Shown: positions 9,077 to 18,861, numbered from the stretch's first letter. The stretch is 64,000 bases of DNA from Aureliella sp. (GCA_963691875.1 OY829846.1:1696001-1760000); one strand, 5' to 3'. Notes: generated from the letters alone by a model not told the origin. A program made the numbers and translations.

Positions 9077-9838
9077 ATGCCAAAAATAGTTACTCGCCGC
9101 AATGGCTTAACCCTTATCGAACTTGTTGTCGTTCTAACCATCTTGGTTGCTCTCGGAGGCATCGCCGCAGCTACGCTTCCCAACATGCTCAATCGCACTC
9201 ACGTCGCGACCGTTGCAACGAGTCTGCCGACGATTGATGCCAGTATTCGTCAGAATATCTTGATCAACAGCGGTCAGATGGGTGATCGTTTTGACGGACT
9301 TGTTACTACAGGCTTGAGCGGAACTCCTGCTGCGTTCGTAAACGGCAGTGGTGCGTATGCAACTCACTCCTTAGCTGGAAACGACGTGGCAGCACTGAAC
9401 GGCCTAGGGCTCACGCAACTAGTACCAGCCGATGACACCGTTGAAAATGCAACCTTCGAAGGGCACACCGGACCAGCCGTGACCCTTGCAAACGGACTGA
9501 ACGTTTGCACTTTAGCTGGCGACCGAACGACTCAGATTCTCAGCGAAGTTTGGAATTACACGCCTGTAGCTGGCGCTCAATACATCGTGCTTGGTCTAGG
9601 AGCCCAATGCTCATTGGTTGGAGCAAACGAAGGTGCATTCTTTCCAGAGGCTCCGCTGCACGCTGTTGATGCTCACAGTGAACGAGCTGACAATTCCTAC
9701 GCTCGCGTCTTGCTTGTCGTCGAGTTGACGGGTGCTGGAACGGCTGATGCAGAAGCCCGCTACATAGGAGTCGGTGCTCCGCACCCAGATGGCGTGCAAG
9801 GCGTTTCCACTCACTTGAAAGAGTGGTACGGAGGTTGA
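9077..9838 (+). CDS. Type IV prepilin-like protein, candidate major pilin
   Basis: MPKIVTRRNG|LTLIELVVVLTILVALGG class III signal with E5; first pilin of the operon; two Cys. Confidence 0.88.
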   Translation: MPKIVTRRNGLTLIELVVVLTILVALGGIAAATLPNMLNRTHVATVATSLPTIDASIRQNILINSGQMGDRFDGLVTTGLSGTPAAFVNGSGAYATHSLAGNDVAALNGLGLTQLVPADDTVENATFEGHTGPAVTLANGLNVCTLAGDRTTQILSEVWNYTPVAGAQYIVLGLGAQCSLVGANEGAFFPEAPLHAVDAHSERADNSYARVLLVVELTGAGTADAEARYIGVGAPHPDGVQGVSTHLKEWYGG

Positions 9839-10049
9839 TCCGTAGTTGGGATGCTCGCCTGAAGTGCACCCCACGATCTTTTTATGATGCATCGGATGGT
9901 GGCGAAAACATCGCCGTCTGATTCTCGAAATGCAAAAGCCCGAGCTCCGCACTGCCCGGGCGCTGCATACTGACTCGATGTTCTCAAAAAAGAGCCCTTC
10001 GAGTCATCCCTTGCTGCCCTCGGAAATAACATACCTACAGGCTGATGCT

Positions 10050-10742
10050 ATGGCGGTTCGCCAACGTAAAGAGCTTCGAAAACGGAACCAAGGACTGACT
10101 TTGGTTGAACTCGTAGTCGTCCTTACGATTCTGGTTGCACTTGGTGGCCTAGTCATTCCTCGATTGATGGCCACCACAGAGGTGGCTCGAGAAACAGCAA
10201 CCCTCGCTTCGGCGGTAGAAATTCGTGATGCAGTGCTGCGTTTTTGGTCTGACTGCAAATACGCGTATCCGAGCAAAGACTTGCATCCAGACGTCAACGC
10301 AAATGATCAACGAATCCAGTTGGGACATTTGCTTGAGCTGCCCAGCACTTTCCCCGTGTTTAATCCGAATCTACGACTCGGATGGAACGGACCTTATCTC
10401 CAAAGCGATGGACGCCTCTATTCGATTGACGACGGATCAGGTTTTACGTCGGCTTATGGCGATGCATCACAGCCAGCCGTCCGAGACACTTTTGCGAATC
10501 AAGATTACGATCTCGATGGCGTCGTCGAGAGTGGCTTGCCTTTTGTCATCCAAGAACCGACGCTGAGTAACTTGGGCCTCTCGTCGTTGGTGCACGAGAT
10601 TGGCGAGCAGCGAGAGGTTCGAGTTGTATCTGCGGGACCAAACGGAATCCTGGAAATAGAGGAAAGCCGTTTCGCATCGGAACTCGAAAGCAATCCCGCT
10701 CTGAAAGGAGACGACATCTATGTCTCGTTCACACTTCGTTAA
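10050..10742 (+). CDS. Type IV prepilin/pseudopilin (GspG-like)
   Basis: RNQG|LTLVELVVVLTIL; GWNGPYL and VVSAGPNG...GDDI motifs typical of GspG-like pseudopilins. Confidence 0.88.
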   Translation: MAVRQRKELRKRNQGLTLVELVVVLTILVALGGLVIPRLMATTEVARETATLASAVEIRDAVLRFWSDCKYAYPSKDLHPDVNANDQRIQLGHLLELPSTFPVFNPNLRLGWNGPYLQSDGRLYSIDDGSGFTSAYGDASQPAVRDTFANQDYDLDGVVESGLPFVIQEPTLSNLGLSSLVHEIGEQREVRVVSAGPNGILEIEESRFASELESNPALKGDDIYVSFTLR

Positions 10743-11577
10743 GGGATTGACGCTGATCGAAATGGTGGTCGTCTTGGCAATCTTAGCCGTTTTGGCTGGC
10801 GTTGCAGTACGGTCACTCGAGCCGATTGCGGACCAGACTCGCTACGAAGTAACCCAGAAAACTTTCGAAACACTGCGAAACGCGTTGGTAGAAGATCGCC
10901 TGCAAAGTAGCGGCGTTCACCAAGTTTCTGGTTTCGTCGCTGATGTAGGTCTCTTGCCAAGTAGTGCCTTGACCGACGATTCCGAGATGAATCCTTTGGA
11001 AATGCTGATCAATGATGTTGGGATCCTTTCATCCTTTGCATTCTCCGAACGAGTCGGTCCTGCTGCGACATCGCCACCGGCAAACCCGACGAATGTGGAT
11101 TGCCGCGGCGTCGCACTGCGTTGCGGGTGGCGTGGCCCCTACGTAACCGCGACGAATCCTACGAACGCGATCGCAGATGCCTGGGGACGTCCTTTCGGTT
11201 TGGGAGAGTTTCCCATTCCCGGTAGCGACGTGCATCTCCTGTGGACCGCGGTCACACCGCAGTACAACGATCTTTCCGTAAATGTACAGACAATGGGCCT
11301 ACAAACTGTCTCTGGTCTGAGCTTGGACGATCTGGGGGCCGAGATAAGCGCGGAAGTGGTGTTGGTTTATCCGAACCCTACGATTTCGACTGACACTCTT
11401 GCGGTCATGAAGGATGCGGATGGAAACAATGACAGTCGCTTTCGATTTGACAATGTACCTGTCGGGGTTCGAGCCTTAGTATTCAAAGAACCCGGGGGTA
11501 CAGGTCAGGCGATACGTTACATCGAAGTATCGCCAATGCAGAATGCGAATCTAACTCTAACTATCACCGGATTCTAA
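10720..11577 (+). CDS. Type IV prepilin/pseudopilin with C-terminal beta-sandwich extension
   Basis: VKG|LTLIEMVVVLAIL; GWRGPYV and DAWGRP motifs; C-terminal FRFDNVPVG (carboxypeptidase-regulatory-like). Confidence 0.87.
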   Translation: MSRSHFVKGLTLIEMVVVLAILAVLAGVAVRSLEPIADQTRYEVTQKTFETLRNALVEDRLQSSGVHQVSGFVADVGLLPSSALTDDSEMNPLEMLINDVGILSSFAFSERVGPAATSPPANPTNVDCRGVALRCGWRGPYVTATNPTNAIADAWGRPFGLGEFPIPGSDVHLLWTAVTPQYNDLSVNVQTMGLQTVSGLSLDDLGAEISAEVVLVYPNPTISTDTLAVMKDADGNNDSRFRFDNVPVGVRALVFKEPGGTGQAIRYIEVSPMQNANLTLTITGF

Positions 11578-11647
11578 GACAAAACGGAAACGGCATGAGC
11601 TTCTAACGCTCACTAAGAATCAATAGAGCCTGCAAGCGAACAATATT

Positions 11648-13222
11648 ATGTCAAACCGACAGACGCTACTCCTGATCTCACATGGTCAACTTGCAAGGGT
11701 TGATATCCTTGCTGGGAAGTCGCCTCGCGTGAAGGACATTTGGACTCGCGAGCGCATGCCTGGCGAGTCCACCGCAACTTTAGTTGACGCCGCCATCAGG
11801 CTGGGGCCCAAGAAGACTGGCGAAGTCTGGGTCTTTTTGAATGAGTCCTGGACTGGAGTCATTCAACTTGCTGGTGACGTTGCACGTGCACTAGAGAGCG
11901 ACGAGCTGCATCAGGCGATTGCCCTGGAGGCCGAAAATTACTCTGGGATCTCTGCCTTCGACTCGCATCTAGGTATGCATGTACTTCCCAACGACGCCGA
12001 TGGAGAAGCGCGCTGGTGGGTTACGCAGGTTCCGCAAAGCGACTGGCAAGAAGTGGAGCAAGTCGTCCGACAGTTTGGTGGCAAGTTGACCGGAATAGGA
12101 CATCCCGCCTTAGCTGCTTTCCCAACGGAACAAAATGCATCTGGAACACAAGCGGACAGTCATCCCTGGAGACTCATCCAAGCTTTCGGCGAGTCGACCA
12201 TCTCTGTAGAAGGTCGTGGGAACGACATCCAAGATGTGCTGACCTTCGGAGACCTCAAGACACAACGAACCCGATCTCAATTAGTTGAATGGTGCGAAGA
12301 GGAAGGGAATAAGTCCTTAGCCTGGGTGACAGACCAGCCTTTGCCAGAACTGCTAGTTGATCCAAGATGCAAACAGATTTTACTCTATGGCGATACGAAC
12401 AGTGGAGCCGCTGCCCCAGACCAATCTTCAAGAGTTTCAATTGGAGGAGAATCCGCGCTGCGAAGCTGGGCGGAAACGATTGCTAGAACACTTCGCGTTA
12501 GCCGGAGTGCGAAGCGGCCAATACCTGTTGTTGTCGCCAAGAAGCCGCCCATGTCGAGTCAGGCAGCGACTTGGATTGCCTGCGGCTTGGGTCTGTTGGT
12601 AGCAATCGGATGCTTTGCTTTGCATTCTTCGACGAGTCAGCAAATTGCAGACCTGGACGCAAACATTGGAACTCTCAACCAGACCAAGAAGTCGCTCTCA
12701 CTGGACAAACAAGCGTTACAGAAACTGAAGAAGGACTATCAGGAGCAGCAAAAATCTTTAGCAGCTCTTAAAGAATCGTATGAGGACCTGTCGCAGAGCC
12801 TGTCTAAAGCGTCTCGAATGCGGCACTTGCAGAAGACACGCTGGTTCGAACTAGTTTCTGCAATTGCACGAGCCAACGAGGGAGACTGCTGGGTCAAAGG
12901 ACTGGAGACCCACGGAAAAGTTGTCACCGTGAAGGGACTTGCCGTCTCCAATCACGATGTATCATCCTTTGCAACCAATTTGGAAGAGTTCGCCAGTCCA
13001 CACGGTTGGCGCGTTCACCCTGCTCAAACTGGACGCAACGAAATTGCGCTAATCGAATTTGAAGTTAGCCTCGACGTGTCGGATCAAGAAATGGTCATTC
13101 CAGGCGTCAGCTCCGCAATTGCCAGCTCTACTACAGCGCATTCCTTTACTTCCACTCGAAGCAATTCCGTGGCTAACTCGCCTGACATTCCATCGGCCAA
13201 CTCGCAGGATTCCCAGCCATGA
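11648..13222 (+). CDS. PilM/PilN (GspL)-like assembly platform protein
   Basis: Cytoplasmic domain (ELHQAIALEAE), single TM, coiled coil, PilN-like C-terminus CWVKGL...VTVKGLAVSNHDVSSFATNLE. Confidence 0.75.
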   Translation: MSNRQTLLLISHGQLARVDILAGKSPRVKDIWTRERMPGESTATLVDAAIRLGPKKTGEVWVFLNESWTGVIQLAGDVARALESDELHQAIALEAENYSGISAFDSHLGMHVLPNDADGEARWWVTQVPQSDWQEVEQVVRQFGGKLTGIGHPALAAFPTEQNASGTQADSHPWRLIQAFGESTISVEGRGNDIQDVLTFGDLKTQRTRSQLVEWCEEEGNKSLAWVTDQPLPELLVDPRCKQILLYGDTNSGAAAPDQSSRVSIGGESALRSWAETIARTLRVSRSAKRPIPVVVAKKPPMSSQAATWIACGLGLLVAIGCFALHSSTSQQIADLDANIGTLNQTKKSLSLDKQALQKLKKDYQEQQKSLAALKESYEDLSQSLSKASRMRHLQKTRWFELVSAIARANEGDCWVKGLETHGKVVTVKGLAVSNHDVSSFATNLEEFASPHGWRVHPAQTGRNEIALIEFEVSLDVSDQEMVIPGVSSAIASSTTAHSFTSTRSNSVANSPDIPSANSQDSQP

Positions 13223-13890
13223 GCCAGAAACGACAGCAAGCACCCAGCAAGATTACGATGCTCGCGCCCATGGCGTTGGTTTTAGCGATCTACTCGTTTG
13301 CGTTTTATTCACCGCAGCAGTCAAGGTTGCGAGCGACGCAAGCCCGTTTTGAAAAGCTATTGGAAGGCCAACACGATACGGAACATCAAGTCTCGGCGAC
13401 ATGGCAGGAATCGTCACGGCTGCGTGGTGAACTTCGCGAAATAAAAGCGGAAGTAGAACAGCTTGCAGCTTCGAATGACCGCCTGCAGAGTGATCGACGC
13501 CAATTGCGGCAGCAGCTGGAATTGCCCATTCGGCCAGCAGCAACCATGCAGCGGCTTACGAGCTTGATGGAGAGTCATCGCATGCTGGTATTGGAAAGCC
13601 AGCCAGAAGCAGGGTCGTCTCATCAAGTAAACGAAGTCGTCCGACCTGTCATCGACTTACTGGCGGATCGCAAAGCGAGCTCTAAGCTCGTTTCCAGTGC
13701 CTCTGACGGCCGCGAGATCTATGAGGTCAAGATTCGCGGGCGTTTTCAGGATCTACAGTCTGCTCTCAAAAGTCTCTCAGTGGACCTGGAACATGTAGTG
13801 CCTTTGTCGCTACAGATGGAATCGCTGGAACTAAGTTCTTCGCAAGCGCATCAATCGCAACGTATTTGGACGCTGAAAATACTCGTCTAG
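13219..13890 (+). CDS. PilO/GspM-like protein
   Basis: N-terminal TM, coiled coil, YEVKIRGRFQDLQSALKSL ferredoxin-like PilO motif; ATGA overlap with the previous gene. Confidence 0.72.
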   Translation: MSQKRQQAPSKITMLAPMALVLAIYSFAFYSPQQSRLRATQARFEKLLEGQHDTEHQVSATWQESSRLRGELREIKAEVEQLAASNDRLQSDRRQLRQQLELPIRPAATMQRLTSLMESHRMLVLESQPEAGSSHQVNEVVRPVIDLLADRKASSKLVSSASDGREIYEVKIRGRFQDLQSALKSLSVDLEHVVPLSLQMESLELSSSQAHQSQRIWTLKILV

Positions 13891-13932
13891 TGCCGACGAA
13901 GCTTAAGTTGAAACAGTTTGATGAGCTGAACG

Positions 13933-15195
13933 ATGTTAGATCCTCGAACCAGCCTCGCGGCAAAACTTGATGCTGAGGCTAGCGAAACGCTTGTTGAATC
14001 CGGCTGTGAGCAGAATTTGCACTCGGATGGGAAAGTTCCGGTTGCGCTGAATTCGCAGCCTGCACAAGAATTTTTGTCTGACTTACTGCGAACCTGTGTA
14101 GCCGAGGGGGCAAGCGATCTCCATCTCAGCAGTGGGCAACCGCCGTTCTTTCGTGCTCAGGGCAAACTCAAGCGTGATGAATCCTGGCCTACGCTTACCG
14201 GCGATGATGTGCTAATCATCGCGGAAATTCTGGCCAAACGAGACTTGTCGACTTGGACAAAGGGAGCGATCGATGGCGCGACCAGTGTGGCTGGCGGGCG
14301 TTTTCGATTCAACATTTTTCGCAAGCAAGAGTCCACCGCCGTTGCGATCCGGCGTTTAGAGGACGAAATACGTCCACTCAGTGAACTTGGTTTGCCTGAT
14401 TCCTTATACGACTTATCTGAGCTCAAAGATGGCTTGGTGATCGTAGCGGGACCGACAGGATCGGGCAAAAGCACCACGCTTGCCACGTTGATTGATCGAA
14501 TAAATCAGCAGCAGCAAGCCCACATCATCACGATCGAAGATCCGATCGAATACGTTCATCCCCCTAAGAACTCTTTGGTGAACCAGCGACAAATCGGTGT
14601 CGACAGCGACTCCTTCAATGACGCGCTCGTTTCGTCACTTCGTCAGGATCCAGACGTCATTTTGGTGGGTGAAATTCGGGAGCTGGAAACGATCCGAACC
14701 GCGATCACCGCTGCGGAGACGGGCCACCTTGTGCTTGCGACGGTTCACGCTCCCGACTGCATGGGTGTCATCGAGAGAATCGTCAGTGTGTTTCCCAGCG
14801 ATGAACAAGCCGGTGTGCGCAGGCAACTCGCTTTGGTGCTGAAGGCTATTATTGCTCAGCACTTAATGGTCGCAGACGGTCCTGCCGTCCTCGCAGATGA
14901 AGAAGCAGGTACTCGCGATGTCGCCCGACGCATACTCTCAAGTGAGATTTTGCGAGTCAACTCAGCAGTTGCTAACTTGATCGCTTCCGGCAAGTCCGCA
15001 CAGATTCTTTCCCAAATTGAGTCGGGGGCGGCATCTGGGATGCGCACCTTGGATCAGAACCTTGCCGTGCTGGTGTACGAGGGAATGATCAGCCTGCGAA
15101 CCGCCGAGGCATACGCTCAGAATCCTACTATCGTTCAAGACAGGCTGGCTCGGCTGAAACGAGGAAGAATTCCTCAGCGAAGCGGAGGGAAATAA
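13933..15195 (+). CDS. pilT: PilT/PilU-family retraction ATPase
   Basis: ASDLHLSSG, RFRFNIF, Walker A GPTGSGKSTT, TIEDPIE, LRQDPDVILVGEIR, AAETGHLV, GMRTLD; lacks the PilB N-terminal domain. Confidence 0.9.
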   Translation: MLDPRTSLAAKLDAEASETLVESGCEQNLHSDGKVPVALNSQPAQEFLSDLLRTCVAEGASDLHLSSGQPPFFRAQGKLKRDESWPTLTGDDVLIIAEILAKRDLSTWTKGAIDGATSVAGGRFRFNIFRKQESTAVAIRRLEDEIRPLSELGLPDSLYDLSELKDGLVIVAGPTGSGKSTTLATLIDRINQQQQAHIITIEDPIEYVHPPKNSLVNQRQIGVDSDSFNDALVSSLRQDPDVILVGEIRELETIRTAITAAETGHLVLATVHAPDCMGVIERIVSVFPSDEQAGVRRQLALVLKAIIAQHLMVADGPAVLADEEAGTRDVARRILSSEILRVNSAVANLIASGKSAQILSQIESGAASGMRTLDQNLAVLVYEGMISLRTAEAYAQNPTIVQDRLARLKRGRIPQRSGGK

Positions 15196-16805
15196 TGTCT
15201 ACGCAGCAGCCTCACGACGCCACCTCGCCGGAAGCCGACACTTCGGTCGATTCTCGCTCAAGCGCTATCGCGGCTACACAAACGGCTTCACTTGAAGTCC
15301 AGTCTGCGGAGTCCATGGCACTGATTGAGTATCAGGAACTGGACATGAGCCGGGTACGAGTCGATCCGAAATGGGCACTCAAAATCCCAGCGTCTTTGGC
15401 ATTGCGGAAGCAGGTGATGCCCATTTGTAAGATCCGTGATCAAGTTGTCATCGCCTGCGAGGACATTGAAGACGCGGCAGCAAAGCGTCAACTGGACCGC
15501 ATCCTGGATTGTGAAATGCGGCTGATTACGGCGGAGCCTCAATCGCTTCGGGCGGCAATCAAACGCGTGTATGGCAACCTCAACGCGACTCCGAGCAAAC
15601 AGCCGCGAGTCAGTTCTACAGAAGAACAGTTTATCGAATCCGAAGATGCGGTCGCGGCTTGCGAAGAGTTGATGCAAGCTGCCGCGATGCGCGGCGCCTC
15701 AGACATTCACCTCGCACCAGACGAAACTGCCTTGGTCGTTCGAATGCGAGTTGACGGAAGATTAGAAACATACTCGCGAATTCCAAATCAACTGCAGGGG
15801 GCCGTTGTCAGCCGCCTGAAAGTTATGTCAGGGCTAGACATTGCGGAGAAGCGAGCGCCTCAAGACGGACGTTTCACTGCTCGAATCGGCCCCGAACAAA
15901 GCAAGACTGATATTCGTGTTGCCACTTTGCCGACTCGTTTCGGCGAACGCGTTACGATGCGGTTTCTCGGCGGTCAGACGACGCGTTTGAACTTGACCAA
16001 CATCGGGATGAATGATCGTGACCTTGGGATCTTCCGTCAAACGATCACTCGGCCACATGGCTTAGTTTTATTGACCGGCCCAACTGGCAGTGGAAAGAGT
16101 ACCACGCTTTACGCCGCACTCGAAGATCTTTTGCATAGTCGTGGTGGCAATGTCATTACGGTCGAGGATCCAATCGAGTACGAGATGCCGGAAGTCTCGC
16201 AGGTCGAAATCGACTCGGCGGACAAAGTGTCGTTCGCCAAGGCACTACGAAGTATCTTGCGGCATGATCCAGATGTCATCATGATTGGTGAGATCCGCGA
16301 CCTGGAAACGGCGGAGATCGCGGTGAAAGCATCTCTCACCGGTCACCTAGTTTTTAGCACTTTGCATACGAACACTGCTGCTGGTGTTGTCACCCGGCTG
16401 GCAGACATGGGCCTGAAGCCTTTTTTGATCGCTGCGACTTTGCGGCTGGCTGTCGCACAACGTCTGGTTCGACGCTTGTGCAATCAATGCCGAGTCCCGC
16501 GTGCTCTGTCAGAGGCAGAAGCGGCTATGCTTGGGCGGCCCCAGATCGCAGGTCGCAATGTCTACGAAGCGGGGCAGTGCGTTTACTGCGCCGGCCGCGG
16601 CTACCTCGGTCGCATCGCTCTGATCGAGTGTTTCGATTGTGATGAGAGTGTCGCCAAAATGATCGGCGAAGGGGCCAGTGAAGAGATGCTGGTATACAAT
16701 GCTCGGGAGAGGAGCCGAGCTTTATTGATGGATGATGCGATCGACAAGATGCTGGCGGGGGTCACCACTTACCAAGAAGTTCTTGAAGCTGTTGTGGTAT
16801 GGTGA
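15195..16805 (+). CDS. pilB: PilB/GspE-family extension ATPase
   Basis: N-terminal domain, ASDIH, LDIAEKRAPQDG, GPTGSGKSTTLY, LRHDPDVIMIGEIRD, Zn tetracysteine C..C/C..C. Confidence 0.92.
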   Translation: MSTQQPHDATSPEADTSVDSRSSAIAATQTASLEVQSAESMALIEYQELDMSRVRVDPKWALKIPASLALRKQVMPICKIRDQVVIACEDIEDAAAKRQLDRILDCEMRLITAEPQSLRAAIKRVYGNLNATPSKQPRVSSTEEQFIESEDAVAACEELMQAAAMRGASDIHLAPDETALVVRMRVDGRLETYSRIPNQLQGAVVSRLKVMSGLDIAEKRAPQDGRFTARIGPEQSKTDIRVATLPTRFGERVTMRFLGGQTTRLNLTNIGMNDRDLGIFRQTITRPHGLVLLTGPTGSGKSTTLYAALEDLLHSRGGNVITVEDPIEYEMPEVSQVEIDSADKVSFAKALRSILRHDPDVIMIGEIRDLETAEIAVKASLTGHLVFSTLHTNTAAGVVTRLADMGLKPFLIAATLRLAVAQRLVRRLCNQCRVPRALSEAEAAMLGRPQIAGRNVYEAGQCVYCAGRGYLGRIALIECFDCDESVAKMIGEGASEEMLVYNARERSRALLMDDAIDKMLAGVTTYQEVLEAVVVW

Positions 16806-18010
16806 TGCCAGAGTTTTCCTATCTCATACGCGATGCCGCAGGCAAAATGCAGCGTGGACGTGCCGAGGCAGACTCAGCGGCGGCACTACGCATTAGCCTG
16901 GAGTCCCAAGGCGAGCGACTGATCAGTGCCAAGCCTTTGGAAAAACCGGCTGGTACCATTCATCTATACAATCCACTCCATCGACTTCCACCGAGATCGG
17001 TCGTTGTGGAAATTGCGCTCGAACAACTAGCACTCATGTTGCAAAGTGGCATTGGCATTTTGCAAGCCTTGAAAACCGTTGCGGAACAAACGACATCGCG
17101 TTCCTTCAGAGCCATATGCGACCAACTGGCTGAAGATATACAGGAAGGCGATTCTGTTTCCGATGCAATGTCGAAGCACTCGTGCTTTCCCAAGCTCGTT
17201 GTGCAGCTCGCCAAAGTCGGCGAAACGACCGGTAATCTAGATGTCGTACTCCAGCGGGCCTCGCAGCAGATGGCCTCAAGGCGTGAGAACATTTCCAATG
17301 TCCGCACCGCAGTGGCCTACCCAGTATTCGTAGGACTCGCAGCCGTAGGCGTGGCCGGCTATCTGGTCGTGGTCGTAATACCGGAACTCGAGAAGTTCTT
17401 ATCGGCAACAGGACGTAAGCTTCCAGTGATCACCCAGTCCCTGATGGATCTTTCTGTTTGGATACGCTTGAATGGAATCACTACGGCAGCTGTTGGATTG
17501 TTGGCGATGGTGGCAGTGGTCGTAGCCTACAAATGGCCACCCGGGAGGGCCATGATCGATCGTTGGCTGTTGCGAGTACCAGTTCTGGGAAAAGTTTTTC
17601 GGCTGGCTGGTACGGTGACCTTTGCAAGCTCGCTCGGTGTCATGCTGCGGAGTGGCATCACTGTCTTGGAAGCACTTCGCACCGTTGAGGATTTGCACGA
17701 GAACACTTTCCTGGCCGCTCAAGTTGCCGTCGCGCGAGAAACGGTCATGGAGGGCGGAGACCTGGCAACTCCCCTAGCGGCTAATCATGCGTACATGCCG
17801 ATGCTCTCGAGCATGATCGCTGTGGGTGAAAACACCGGGCAACTGGACGAGGTGCTCGACCGGGTAACGCGATTCCACGAATCACAGCTCAAAACGGCGA
17901 TCAAGAAGTTGAGTGCTATGATTGAGCCGATGACCATCGTGGTTGTCGGTGGAATTGTCGGTTACGTTTATCTCGCGTTCTTTATGGCATTGTTTGCGGC
18001 TGGAGGTTGA
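16805..18010 (+). CDS. pilC: PilC/GspF inner-membrane platform protein
   Basis: MPEFSY start overlapping the pilB stop (TGATG); two T2SSF domains (GETTGNLD, GENTGQLD), AYP and IEP motifs. Confidence 0.93.
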   Translation: MPEFSYLIRDAAGKMQRGRAEADSAAALRISLESQGERLISAKPLEKPAGTIHLYNPLHRLPPRSVVVEIALEQLALMLQSGIGILQALKTVAEQTTSRSFRAICDQLAEDIQEGDSVSDAMSKHSCFPKLVVQLAKVGETTGNLDVVLQRASQQMASRRENISNVRTAVAYPVFVGLAAVGVAGYLVVVVIPELEKFLSATGRKLPVITQSLMDLSVWIRLNGITTAAVGLLAMVAVVVAYKWPPGRAMIDRWLLRVPVLGKVFRLAGTVTFASSLGVMLRSGITVLEALRTVEDLHENTFLAAQVAVARETVMEGGDLATPLAANHAYMPMLSSMIAVGENTGQLDEVLDRVTRFHESQLKTAIKKLSAMIEPMTIVVVGGIVGYVYLAFFMALFAAGG

Positions 18011-18014
18011 TTCT

Positions 18015-18701
18015 GTGAAGATCGAATTGATGCGAAGTTTGTTGTTCGTAGCTGTAATACTGGTTTACCCTGCCACGTTAGTCGCGCAGAATTCGGAGCC
18101 CACGAAAACGCAACCTCCTTCCGAAGAATCGAGTTCCCCCATAAAACCAGGGGCGTTCGAAAGCCTGCTTGTTCCCACAAAGGACAATGAAGCTTCGGAC
18201 AATTCCCAGAGGCAGTCTGGAGATCCCACCGCGCCATCGGCAAAATTGCTCGAACTAGTTCCGCCTTCAGTTCAGCCCACACTGCCTGTCCCAACAGCTT
18301 CCAAAGCGAAAGTTGTTTCTGTCACACCGCTCCCAACCATTCCCAAAATTACGCTTCGTGGCATCGTGATGAGCAAGCCGGATCGCGGCACCGCAATGCT
18401 GGACGTCGACGGAAAGATTCTAAGTCTGACGTTACTTCCACCTGAGCAACAGAAGCGAATACCGATCCCCAAGATGCAATTTGCCTCGCTCCAAGCTGCC
18501 TTGGATCAGCGTGCTACGGCGACACAGAGAATTGGTAGCCGGTCTGAATCGGATGCGGCTGATAAGACTTACGAAATGTGTTTGCAGTGCAGTTTTGTGA
18601 GCGGCGAAATCGTCTTCAACCTTGAGGCGTTTACCAAGGAAGTGATTCTGCTCCGAGCGATTCCACACGACACCATCGTGATAGTCCGTAGAGGCCGTTA
18701 G
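18015..18701 (+). CDS. Exported protein, PilP/GspC-like
   Basis: GTG after GGAGG; signal peptide; Pro-rich linker; ITLRGIVMSKPDRGTAMLDVDG resembles the PilP/GspC HR domain; last gene of the operon. Confidence 0.55.
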   Translation: MKIELMRSLLFVAVILVYPATLVAQNSEPTKTQPPSEESSSPIKPGAFESLLVPTKDNEASDNSQRQSGDPTAPSAKLLELVPPSVQPTLPVPTASKAKVVSVTPLPTIPKITLRGIVMSKPDRGTAMLDVDGKILSLTLLPPEQQKRIPIPKMQFASLQAALDQRATATQRIGSRSESDAADKTYEMCLQCSFVSGEIVFNLEAFTKEVILLRAIPHDTIVIVRRGR

Positions 18702-18861
18702 CACCTCATCCGAATCAGGCCACAATATACGGTTTTAAGGCCAACGATTGAACAAATGTTGCAGATTCCTCTACAAGTCTTCAATCCGTATAGTACCAGT
18801 GGCACATCAAATGGTGGGCGGAATAGCACATTCTTACAACAAACAGAGGTTAGATCCTCGG

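Noticed and set aside
9077..9838. Electrically conductive (e-pilin) interpretation
   Set aside because: The pilin is long and its N-terminal helix has no aromatic residues, unlike Geobacter-type e-pilins.
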